From a bacterium (lineage in GTDB: Bacteria; Patescibacteriota; Minisyncoccia; UBA6257; 02-FULL-45-10c): a stretch of 64,000 bases of DNA. The position numbers were made by a program, and so were the translations under genes. Of this stretch, positions 41,265 to 49,530 are shown piece after piece (the first letter of the stretch is position 1; the number at the start of each line of letters is the position of its first letter). Location: NCBI GenBank assembly GCA_021786945.1, contig JAJYMK010000001.1, forward strand, positions 794-64,793, in the 5' to 3' direction. The notes below the pieces were generated by a model that was not told where the DNA came from, ran no database searches, and was given only the letters and a program-made list of their open reading frames with translations.

Positions 41265-41600
41265 TTATTTTTCACTATCAAGCAAAGCTTTTTCGACCGA
41301 TGCCGCATTTTTAAGACCGAAATCAACCCTAAAAGTTATTTCAGGCATAGGCCTTAAATTTAACTTACGATTTAATTTAAACTGGAGATCTTTTTTATGA
41401 TTATTTAAAATTTCCAAAACTTCTTCTGATTTTTCCGAAGGCAATACACTAAAATTTACAATTGCATGTTCCAAATCCTCGTTTACCTCAACCTCAGTAA
41501 TTGTCATCAAAGCTCCCGGAAATTCCAATTCACGCATAATTATCTTGCTCAGCTCTTCCCTTATTAAACTATTCATTCTTTGTGGCCTAAAAAATCGCAT
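41265..41600 (-). CDS. rbfA: Ribosome-binding factor A
   Basis: R.NSLIREELS, TITEVEVN.DL, LRPMPEITF. Confidence 0.92.
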   Translation of the reverse strand: MRFFRPQRMNSLIREELSKIIMRELEFPGALMTITEVEVNEDLEHAIVNFSVLPSEKSEEVLEILNNHKKDLQFKLNRKLNLRPMPEITFRVDFGLKNAASVEKALLDSEK

Positions 41601-41611
41601 ATCAGAAAATT

Positions 41612-43066
41612 TTAACGCATTATCAAATGATATTCCGGTTTTATATCTAACTCCGAATCAACCAGTAATCCACATTCCTTTCCGGCAGGCACACTGACAG
41701 CGTCCAATTTATTCTCCTGCAAATTTACAACCTTACACGTACCAATTGTTTCTCCCCTGACTTGAATTTCCAACGAAGAATTATTTTTTATTTCTCCGCT
41801 AACTACCCTACCGCCAACTATTTGTTTACCCGATTTCTTTCCAAATACAGCCAAAATTTCCAAATCTCCCGCAATATCACCGGAACCCAAACAAGTAAAA
41901 TAACTTTCGATTGCCTCAATTAATTCATAAATAATTTCTGATGTTATTATTCTGATCTTATTATCCTTAGCCATATTTTCTGCCGCTTTATTAGTCCTTA
42001 CATTAAAACCAAGAACTATAGCCCCTGTGGCAACAGCATTTTTAATATCACCATCGCTTATTTCGCCCACGCCTTCACTAATTATTTCCAGCTGATATTT
42101 ATCTTTCTTGGGAATCTTGTGGACCAATTCCGACAAAGCTTCTAAAGAACCAGAAACGTCCGCCTTTAAGAGCAATTTAATAGTACATCCTCCATCCAAT
42201 TTACAAAATCGTTTCCTTGCTTCCGGACAAGTATTTTTTGCGGTTATTTTTGCGACTTCTTCATCAGACAAATCACCGGCAATAAATTCCTCCCCGACTT
42301 TCGGTAAACTCTCAAAACCTATTATCACGGCCGGACTAGACGGAACCAATGATTCAACTTTATCTTCCAGAAAATTTTCCAAAATTTTAATTTTACCCTT
42401 GGCAGTTGCAGTAGCGATCATATCACCAGTTTTTAAAACGCCATCTTTCAAAATAACACTTACGGTTAATCCCCTTTTTTTATCTTTTTTCGATTCCAAT
42501 ACAACTCCGGCGGCTTTTAATTTTGAATTATAAGTAAGCCCCTCCATTTCAGCGGTAAGTAAGATAAGCTCCAATAACTCACCAATTCCCTCTCCGGTTT
42601 TACTGGAAACACCCTGGAAACTCACATTTCCTCCATATCCCTCAAGCAAAACATCGTTAGCGGCCAAGTCGCTTTTCACCCTTTCAATATCGGCGCTTGG
42701 TTTATCAATTTTTGTAATTGCAACAACGAAAGGAGTCTTTGATTCGTGTAAAACTTTTATAGCTTCTTTCGTCTGAGGCTTCACACCCTCTTCGGCAGCA
42801 ACAACCAAAACAGCAATATCGGCAATAGCCGCTCCACGAACTCTCATTTTGGAAAAAGCCTCATGTCCCGGAGTATCAATAAAAGTAATTTTATTATTGT
42901 TATAAACAGTTTCATATGCCCCAACAGATTGAGTAATACCACCTGCTTCTTTAGCGGCAACGGTAGTATTTCTTATATAATCCAAGAGCGATGTTTTGCC
43001 GTGGTCAACGTGGCCAACAACAACTACAATTGGAGGACGTTTTGAATTATTCTGTGTTTCGGTCAT
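41612..43066 (-). CDS. infB: Translation initiation factor IF-2, N-terminally short form
   Basis: RPPIVVVVGHVDHGKTSLLD, GGITQ, DTPGHEAF, KADVSGSLEAL, GKECG. Confidence 0.96.
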   Translation of the reverse strand: MTETQNNSKRPPIVVVVGHVDHGKTSLLDYIRNTTVAAKEAGGITQSVGAYETVYNNNKITFIDTPGHEAFSKMRVRGAAIADIAVLVVAAEEGVKPQTKEAIKVLHESKTPFVVAITKIDKPSADIERVKSDLAANDVLLEGYGGNVSFQGVSSKTGEGIGELLELILLTAEMEGLTYNSKLKAAGVVLESKKDKKRGLTVSVILKDGVLKTGDMIATATAKGKIKILENFLEDKVESLVPSSPAVIIGFESLPKVGEEFIAGDLSDEEVAKITAKNTCPEARKRFCKLDGGCTIKLLLKADVSGSLEALSELVHKIPKKDKYQLEIISEGVGEISDGDIKNAVATGAIVLGFNVRTNKAAENMAKDNKIRIITSEIIYELIEAIESYFTCLGSGDIAGDLEILAVFGKKSGKQIVGGRVVSGEIKNNSSLEIQVRGETIGTCKVVNLQENKLDAVSVPAGKECGLLVDSELDIKPEYHLIMR

Positions 43067-43071
43067 TATTT

Positions 43072-43137
43072 ATCCCCTCACCTATTTTTTATATTTACCA
43101 CCTAATTTTTTTGCTTTAAATAATTAGGTGCGGGGAT
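43072..43137. repeat. CCCCRCACC-family inverted repeat pair in the infB leader
   Basis: atcccctcacctattt ... aattaggtgcggggat. Confidence 0.75.
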
Positions 43138-43220
43138 GTACTAAAAATAGCCTTAAAACAGACAAAAGTAAACCCTTAATCTTGAATATGGAACAAAACT
43201 GGTTTAAAATCATTGAATAC

Positions 43221-43310
43221 GGAGGCGTGGCTGAGCGGTCGAAAGCAGCACACTGCTAATGTGTTGAGGGGGAAACCCCTCCGAAGGTTCGAATCCTTCC
43301 GCCTCCGCCA
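43221..43310 (+). tRNA. tRNA-Ser(GCT), probable prophage attachment site
   Basis: GGAGGCGTGGCTGAGCGG...CTGCTAA...long variable arm...GGTTCGAATCCTTCCGCCTCCGCCA. Confidence 0.95.
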
Positions 43311-44830
43311 GATTTCCAACTTTGAACCGTAGAAACTGCAAGGGTTTTCGAGCCCTTTGATGGTTTCGGTGGTTCGAGTTTGGAGACTTGCAAATCCATA
43401 AGAACATCAAAGACTGGCGTCCATATCGGCGTCAGTTTTTGATTACTGACAGTGAACCCCTCAAAACAAAGCTTCATCAATGTGCGTTTTTGATGCATTG
43501 AGCTGGTATTGAACACCTTGTCGGCATGATCCGTGAAGTCCAGTAATTCATTAAATTTCTGCACGAATTTGTCAGACTTGCCCTCAAGCACCCCTAAGCG
43601 GTCCTGATACATTTCCTTCTCCTTTAAAAGCTCGTCCTGAATCTTTATAAAGACATCGGCGTCAATAATACGCTGGGAACGATCCACAACGATATTGCGA
43701 ATTTGTTGCTGAACTCTTATAAGCTCACGCTTGAGACTCTTGCGTTCTTTGTCCTCCTGCTCAAGCCTTTCTTTGGCAAAATATTGAAAGTAAGAATCAA
43801 GCACCTTCTTAAACTTATCAGGTAGATGAACCCGTGATAAATGGTTTGCGACCTGTTCCTCAACGACCTCCCATCTCATGTATTTGCGTTCAGTGCAGTT
43901 TTTGTCCTGCCAGTGAGTGCATGAATAGTAAAGATGACCTTTCTGCATCTGTCCGCAGAGTGTAGACCCACACACTGCACATCTCATAAACCCTGCCATA
44001 GGATACGAATGCTTGCGAGTACGATCGGCGTAATGATTGTGCTGTTGGACTACTTCCTGAACATCATCAAAAAGCTTCTTTGAGATCAAAGGCGGAAAAT
44101 TTGCCTGACAAGTGGCTGATCGAGTTTTTATAAGACCGTAGTAAATTGGATTGCAAAGAAAATGCTCAATTGATTTGCGATTAACATGTTTGCCGGATTT
44201 GCTTTTGAGACCTCGCTTATTAAGTTCGGCCGACAGAGAGTCGTATGAATACTTGCCGGTGGCGTAGAGTTCAAAAGCCAGTTTTATATATGGGGCCCGA
44301 ATGTTATCGATAATAAGAGATTTAGTCTTTTTATCGTTTGTGTACCCAATTGGTGCGTATCCAGGGAATCTGCCACGCTCTACGGCCTCTTTAAGACCTT
44401 TCCTGACCTCCCAGCTGATGTTTTGAGATGTCCACTGGGCAATGGAAGCCATGATGTTCTCAACCAGCTCTCCAGAAAAAGACTCATCGAACTGCTCGAC
44501 TACTGAGACAAGTTTGGCATCATGCTTTTTAAGCATCATCTTAATGGCGGCGTAGTCGGCCACATTACGGCACATACGATCAAGCTTGTGGACTAAGATG
44601 ACATCAACCTTACTATCAGTTTTTGCTCGATGAAGCATTTTCTGAAGCTGTGGACGATCAGTCGTTCTAGCTGATTCGCCCTTTTCCTCATAGATACCAT
44701 CTGGGAGTAAATTCCAGTGATGATCCATTCCGTATTTTTGGCACGCTTTGACTTGTGCCGGAATACTCAATTCTCGTTCGGCCTGACGAGAGGTGGAAAC
44801 ACGGCCGTAGATTAAATAATTTGTACTCAT
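43256..44830 (-). CDS. Large serine recombinase (integrase)
   Basis: YGRVSTSRQ, DRPQLQKML, KLDRMCRN, recombinase domain, zinc ribbon CAVC, coiled coil. Confidence 0.95.
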   Translation of the reverse strand: MSTNYLIYGRVSTSRQAERELSIPAQVKACQKYGMDHHWNLLPDGIYEEKGESARTTDRPQLQKMLHRAKTDSKVDVILVHKLDRMCRNVADYAAIKMMLKKHDAKLVSVVEQFDESFSGELVENIMASIAQWTSQNISWEVRKGLKEAVERGRFPGYAPIGYTNDKKTKSLIIDNIRAPYIKLAFELYATGKYSYDSLSAELNKRGLKSKSGKHVNRKSIEHFLCNPIYYGLIKTRSATCQANFPPLISKKLFDDVQEVVQQHNHYADRTRKHSYPMAGFMRCAVCGSTLCGQMQKGHLYYSCTHWQDKNCTERKYMRWEVVEEQVANHLSRVHLPDKFKKVLDSYFQYFAKERLEQEDKERKSLKRELIRVQQQIRNIVVDRSQRIIDADVFIKIQDELLKEKEMYQDRLGVLEGKSDKFVQKFNELLDFTDHADKVFNTSSMHQKRTLMKLCFEGFTVSNQKLTPIWTPVFDVLMDLQVSKLEPPKPSKGSKTLAVSTVQSWKSGGGGRIRTFGGVSPSTH

Positions 44831-44842
44831 ACTTTTTGTTAT

Positions 44843-44873
44843 AAAAAAACAGCAGGGCTCTTGGCGAGCCCTG
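44843..44873 (-). terminator. Terminator between repressor and integrase
   Basis: cagggctc/gagccctg hairpin followed by a T-run on the minus strand. Confidence 0.6.
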
Positions 44874-44876
44874 TGG

Positions 44877-45599
44877 TTAGTATTTTTTTATGTGATAAAT
44901 TAACCGACCTATCGGCTTGACCTCTTCAATAGGGTAGGTCTTCTTAATGCCTGGCTGACTCGTTGTGATCTCTAAAGAGTTACCACGCTTTTTATAATAA
45001 GTCATGATCATTCCGTCTGGCGTATTCAATGCCACGATGTCTCCATCATTAATCTCAATATCCGCATCAAGCATAATCAGGTCGCCGGTGATTATACCTG
45101 CCTCCGGAAATGGAGTGACAGAAACTCTGATACCGAATATACGGTGATCACGCACGATCCCGTTTTTTGGAATAAAAATAAATTCCTCCGCATGTTTGAG
45201 GTGCAGATCAAGATCGTCCACCGGAATCGTGTTGAACAGTGGCATCTTGTAATGAGCAACCTCGTCGGCTGTAATTGTCTTTTTCAATTCCTCCAAACCA
45301 GCCTCCAATTTGTGAGTCATCTCTTCGACACGCTTCTCGCCAGCCTCTTTGATATTAAATTTGTAATCAGAGGAAAGACTAACCTTGTGGATCTTCGCTT
45401 CGGTCCACTGTTTTTTTATTTCATCCTCCGAAGTCTCGTAAGCATTCGCTAAAAGACTCAACTGCTTCTGCGAAGGGAGTCGAGTGTCGTTTTCCAGCTG
45501 GCTGACATAACTGGCAGAAAAGCCAAGGCGATCTGCAATATCCTTGGCTGTCCACTGATTGGTTTCTCTTTGTTTTTTTAGATATGAGCCAAATGACAT
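44877..45599 (-). CDS. CI-like repressor (XRE HTH plus S24-like domain)
   Basis: N-terminal HTH_3 (IADRLGFSASYVSQLE); C-terminal LexA/S24-like fold that looks degenerate. Confidence 0.85.
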   Translation of the reverse strand: MSFGSYLKKQRETNQWTAKDIADRLGFSASYVSQLENDTRLPSQKQLSLLANAYETSEDEIKKQWTEAKIHKVSLSSDYKFNIKEAGEKRVEEMTHKLEAGLEELKKTITADEVAHYKMPLFNTIPVDDLDLHLKHAEEFIFIPKNGIVRDHRIFGIRVSVTPFPEAGIITGDLIMLDADIEINDGDIVALNTPDGMIMTYYKKRGNSLEITTSQPGIKKTYPIEEVKPIGRLIYHIKKY

Positions 45600-45649
45600 A
45601 TTTTTGTTATTTGCTTAATTAATAATCCTAATTACATCTTAGTATAATA

Positions 45650-45983
45650 TAGCAAATATGTAAAGATTAAGCAAATATGCTTATCCACAAGGACAGTAAT
45701 TGACGAATTAAGCAAAATTGCTTAATATGACTATAGAGGTCTAATTTATCAAACTATGAAAAAAACACCAACCAACATTCGACTGAGGGATATTAGAATC
45801 GAGAAAGGGCTAACGCAATACAAACTAGCCCGTATTCTCGGCTTTAAACATAACACAGCGATCAGCCGATATGAGACCGGAAGAAAACGGCCGAATTTGG
45901 AAACCGCCCAGAGAATTGCCCTAGCGTTGGGGGTAAAAGTAGAGGATATTTTTTTGCCTTAGAAGTTAAGCAAAAACGCTTAA
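45650..45983. promoter_or_regulatory. Phage operators TAAGCA-N4-(T/C)GCTTA and divergent promoters
   Basis: Copies at 45668-45683, 45708-45725 and 45966-45983; TTGACG -35 at 45700. Confidence 0.75.
45756..45962 (+). CDS. Cro-like HTH protein
   Basis: GLTQYKLARILG...ISRYETGRKRPNL; divergent from the repressor. Confidence 0.9.
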   Translation: MKKTPTNIRLRDIRIEKGLTQYKLARILGFKHNTAISRYETGRKRPNLETAQRIALALGVKVEDIFLP

Positions 45984-46041
45984 TGGAAAAGGTGTGTGAG
46001 GGTCAATAAAAGTGTGAGGTCACTCTTATGAACCAAACCAC

Positions 46042-46320
46042 ATGTCCAAACCAACAAAGGATGAGGAAGCTCTCGTTGAGCTTACCAAAAACGCCTTATC
46101 CGAGGTGCTCGGCCGAGAACCGAGTAAGCAAGAAGTTTGGCGTGTCCATGCTGGCTTTAAACGCATGGCATTCATGCTGTTAGAGCATTTAGATCACATC
46201 AAAAAGTATGACAACGAGAATTCTAATCAAAAGAATAATTCAGAGGATCTGGAAACGGATGACTCGCAAGCCATTAACCCGGAGAGAGCTTTTGGCGAGA
46301 AGGGAGAGCTTGCTGAGTAA
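46042..46320 (+). CDS. Phage hypothetical protein
   Basis: ORF in the early operon. Confidence 0.55.
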   Translation: MSKPTKDEEALVELTKNALSEVLGREPSKQEVWRVHAGFKRMAFMLLEHLDHIKKYDNENSNQKNNSEDLETDDSQAINPERAFGEKGELAE

Positions 46321-46420
46321 TTTCACAATCCGAGAATTAGAAAACCCGAATATTCGGCGTGGCTTTTGCAGAGCAATGGACAACATCGACCGAGCTCTCC
46401 CGAAATCCAGTGAATGGTAG
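46208..46420 (+). CDS. Phage hypothetical protein
   Basis: ORF in the early operon, overlapping the previous ORF. Confidence 0.5.
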   Translation: MTTRILIKRIIQRIWKRMTRKPLTRRELLARRESLLSNFTIRELENPNIRRGFCRAMDNIDRALPKSSEW

Positions 46421-46511
46421 ATAGCACCTTACTCTCCCCTCAATGACGCCAGGCGTGAAGGGAGGAATAAGGCGCGATCTGTGGGTCGGTCACGCCTTTT
46501 TATTCACGGCC

Positions 46512-47078
46512 ATGTCGGACGATAAAATAAAAGTAAGAGATTTAAGAAATGGCGATTGGTTCTGGATTAGCAAAGTACTTCTCGATGAGTATGGAAGCAA
46601 AATTAAACCAATCGGCATCGCTATTTATAATTGCCTGGCTGAACACGCTAATCAGGAGGGTTTTTGTTTTCCATCCCATAAGCTTATCGCTGACAGAATT
46701 GGCTCGAGCGTTTCTAGTGTGCAAAGAGGTATCCGACAACTCATCAAGCTTGGACTAATAAACAAGAAACGCCGAAAATTTTCTAATGTGTATTACCTGT
46801 TGAAAGTAGATAGGTCAGATAGACCGAACTTAAAACAGATCGGTCAGCCTGACCGGCAGTTCGGTCATACAGACCGGTGGGATCGGTCCAATGGACTTAC
46901 TAACAAGAATAAAGAAAAAGATTTAAATAAAAAGAATTACGAGCAAATTAAAAATTTCAAAGAATTAAGGTCGATGTTAGCCGAGAAAATGTCCATTGGA
47001 GGGGTAAAGATAAAAATTATAGACGGTAAGAAGCACATGTGGACGGGACAGAAATGGGTAGCAGTCGAGGATACTTAG
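46512..47078 (+). CDS. Phage replication initiator-like HTH protein
   Basis: CFPSHKLIADRIGSSVSSVQRGIRQL (HTH_36-like), NVYYL, internal iteron-like repeats; ATG at 46512 preferred. Confidence 0.8.
   Translation: MSDDKIKVRDLRNGDWFWISKVLLDEYGSKIKPIGIAIYNCLAEHANQEGFCFPSHKLIADRIGSSVSSVQRGIRQLIKLGLINKKRRKFSNVYYLLKVDRSDRPNLKQIGQPDRQFGHTDRWDRSNGLTNKNKEKDLNKKNYEQIKNFKELRSMLAEKMSIGGVKIKIIDGKKHMWTGQKWVAVEDT
46809..46899. repeat. Four iteron-like repeats GGTC-N5-GAC(C), candidate phage origin
   Basis: gataggtcagatagaccga; gatcggtcagcctgaccgg; gttcggtcatacagaccgg; gatcggtccaatggactta. Confidence 0.7.
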
Positions 47079-47182
47079 ATTGCTTTTAACGGTTCGGGGA
47101 GGAGGTCGAACCCGAGCTTTTAATTGGTCGTTTATTAATCATTTATGATCAGGGCTCAAAAAACCCACAAATAAAAAACAGT

Positions 47183-47503
47183 ATGGATAAATTTGAATCA
47201 AATATTGGTAATTGTCCTCACTGCACAAAAGTCATCTTTAAGAATGGGGCTTTTACTTCTAATGCTTCATTCACGATGCGTTGCCCAAGCTGTCAAAAAC
47301 TTTTAGAAATAGAAGTAAGAACAAAAATTGAGATTACAATTAGGCCTTCTGAAAGATATCTATTGGACAAAAAAATAAAATTAGGAAAATTATCCGTTAT
47401 TTTTGGTTTTACAATGCAACCGCTTAGTGCTCACTGCATGGTCTGTATAATATGCATCGCAGAAACCTGTGGTTGCATATGTTGCCAACCATTTTTTATT
47501 TAA
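47183..47503 (+). CDS. Com-like zinc-ribbon protein with Cys-rich tail
   Basis: CPHC...RCPSC plus HCMVCIICIAETCGCICC. Confidence 0.6.
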   Translation: MDKFESNIGNCPHCTKVIFKNGAFTSNASFTMRCPSCQKLLEIEVRTKIEITIRPSERYLLDKKIKLGKLSVIFGFTMQPLSAHCMVCIICIAETCGCICCQPFFI

Positions 47504-47597
47504 GCCTTTAATTAAAACAAAAGGAGCTCTTTTGAGCCCCTTTTTTGCCGTTTGTTTGCCCCTTGGGCGAGTTTTCTACACATTTATTAATGGATGA

Positions 47598-49526
47598 TTA
47601 AGTTCTAAATTTATATAATTGTAGACCATTCAAAACAACAATTAGAGTAACGCCAACATCGGCAAAAATAGCCAAAGATAGATTACTTAAACCGAATACA
47701 GCCAAAATTAAGAATATAAACTTAGCGCCTAGCGCAAAATAAGTATTAAATTTTATCTTAGATACGGTCTTTCGACTCAATTCAATCAAATAAGGTATAA
47801 GTTTAAGATCGTCATTCATTAGAGCTATATCTGCACTTTCAATAGCGACATCGGAGCCAAGCGACCCCATAGCTATGCCTACACTGGCTCCCGCCAAGGA
47901 CGGTGCATCATTAACGCCGTCGCCAACCATTGCCACTTTAATATTTTGTTTGGATTTGTCGGTTATGATGTTAACTTTATCTTCGGGCATTTTTTCTGAA
48001 TATATTTCAGATATGCCCAACGCTTGGGAAACATATTTAGCCGATCCGTCATTGTCGCCAGTCACCATGTAACATTTTATCCTCAATTTTTTTAGTTTAT
48101 CAATCGTTGGTCTTGAGTCATTTCTTATTTCATCAGATAAGGCAATTATTCCTTTTACTGTTTTTTCTCCGCCCAAGAATATAACCGTCTTACCTTCTTC
48201 TTCCAGTCTAATTTTTTCGCCCTCCATCTGTTTACTGATTTCAGTATTGTTAAATTGACTTTCAACCAATCCAATTTTTCCCAGGCAGTGTCTGGTATCA
48301 GTGCAGACTGTACAATCTCCTAAAACACCTTCTCCTTGCATTGATTTAAAATTATTAAATTGATGAATCTCTACCTCTTGCGAAACCGCTTTTTCAACTA
48401 CACCTTGTGATAATGGGTGTTCGGAAAATTTACCAAGACCAGCAGAACAGCTTAATACTTCTTCTTTAGTAAAACCATTAAAAGGTATGATATCGGTCAC
48501 TTCGGGTTTCCCCACAGTTAATGTCTTTGTTTTATCAAAACCAATTTCTGTTATTTGAGATAAGTCCTCAATAATCTTACCACCTTTGATCAAAGCTCCT
48601 TTTTGACTGGCGTTACCGAGCGCTGAAAATACTGAGATTGGTGTTGATATCACTAAGGCGCATGGGCAGGCAATAAGCAGAATTGTCAGTGATTGCACCA
48701 GCCAAAATTGCATTGAGCCATTAAGAACAAAGACAGGAACGATAAATAATGCAATAGCAAAAATAGTTACGGCCGGCGTATAATAGCGTGCAAATTTTTC
48801 AATAAATTTTTGTGACTCTGCTTTTTTCTTTACTGCTTCGCCGGTCATGTGAACAATTTTATTCAGGGTTGAGTCTTTTGCCTCTTTTTCGATTTTAATT
48901 TCTAAATAACCGCCATTATTTACTGATCCGGCATATACCTTGTCGCCAATCATTTTACTTTTTGGCAGTGGTTCACCTGTGATTGTCGATTCATCAACCA
49001 GGCTGTCACCAAAAACAATCTCTCCATCAAGACCAATTTTGTCTCCGGGTTTGATTATAATAATTTCTCCAATCCCGACCTCTTCGATTCTTACACTCTT
49101 GCCGGATTTAAGTTCGGCCGTTTTCGGAGAGCTGTTTATTAATTTTTCTAAAGCTAAACGACTTCGCTGAATGCCGTATTCCTCTAAGGCTTCACCCAGA
49201 CCAAACAAAACTACAATGATTGAGGCTTCTTCAAATTTCTGAAGGAATATTGCCCCGATAATTGCAATAGCCATCAAGAGATTGATATCCGAGAAATTAA
49301 ATTTGAATAAATTTTTGAATCCGCTGAGAAATATTTTTCTGCCAAAAATTAAAATCACGGCAATAAAAAACGGAAATCGAATCCACGGACTAAGATCAAT
49401 CGAGAGAAACGAGAGCACTTCCAGCGGAATAATAAAGAATAGTGCACCTACTAACCACCTGATTTTGCTATGTGATGGTTTTATTTTATTTTTTTGTTCT
49501 TTAGAACAATTTTCGCAATCATCCAT
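47598..49526 (-). CDS. Heavy-metal P1B-type ATPase (Cd/Zn-like)
   Basis: TGEP, CPCALVIS, DKTKT, SEHP, GDGVNDAP; likely start MDDCENC at 49526. Confidence 0.92.
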   Translation of the reverse strand: MDDCENCSKEQKNKIKPSHSKIRWLVGALFFIIPLEVLSFLSIDLSPWIRFPFFIAVILIFGRKIFLSGFKNLFKFNFSDINLLMAIAIIGAIFLQKFEEASIIVVLFGLGEALEEYGIQRSRLALEKLINSSPKTAELKSGKSVRIEEVGIGEIIIIKPGDKIGLDGEIVFGDSLVDESTITGEPLPKSKMIGDKVYAGSVNNGGYLEIKIEKEAKDSTLNKIVHMTGEAVKKKAESQKFIEKFARYYTPAVTIFAIALFIVPVFVLNGSMQFWLVQSLTILLIACPCALVISTPISVFSALGNASQKGALIKGGKIIEDLSQITEIGFDKTKTLTVGKPEVTDIIPFNGFTKEEVLSCSAGLGKFSEHPLSQGVVEKAVSQEVEIHQFNNFKSMQGEGVLGDCTVCTDTRHCLGKIGLVESQFNNTEISKQMEGEKIRLEEEGKTVIFLGGEKTVKGIIALSDEIRNDSRPTIDKLKKLRIKCYMVTGDNDGSAKYVSQALGISEIYSEKMPEDKVNIITDKSKQNIKVAMVGDGVNDAPSLAGASVGIAMGSLGSDVAIESADIALMNDDLKLIPYLIELSRKTVSKIKFNTYFALGAKFIFLILAVFGLSNLSLAIFADVGVTLIVVLNGLQLYKFRT

Positions 49527-49530
49527 AAAT

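Noticed and set aside
41200-41400. ORF overlapping tRNA-Cys and rbfA, and ORF 43210-43410
   Set aside because: Spurious translations of tRNA and antisense sequence.
41612-43066. IF2 lacking its N-terminus, and ValRS lacking the C-terminal coiled coil, as damaged genes
   Set aside because: Frames and core motifs are intact; consistent with streamlined forms.
43340-43382. ggttcgag and a nearby hairpin as a second tRNA fragment or att core
   Set aside because: No cloverleaf and no extended identity to tRNA-Ser.
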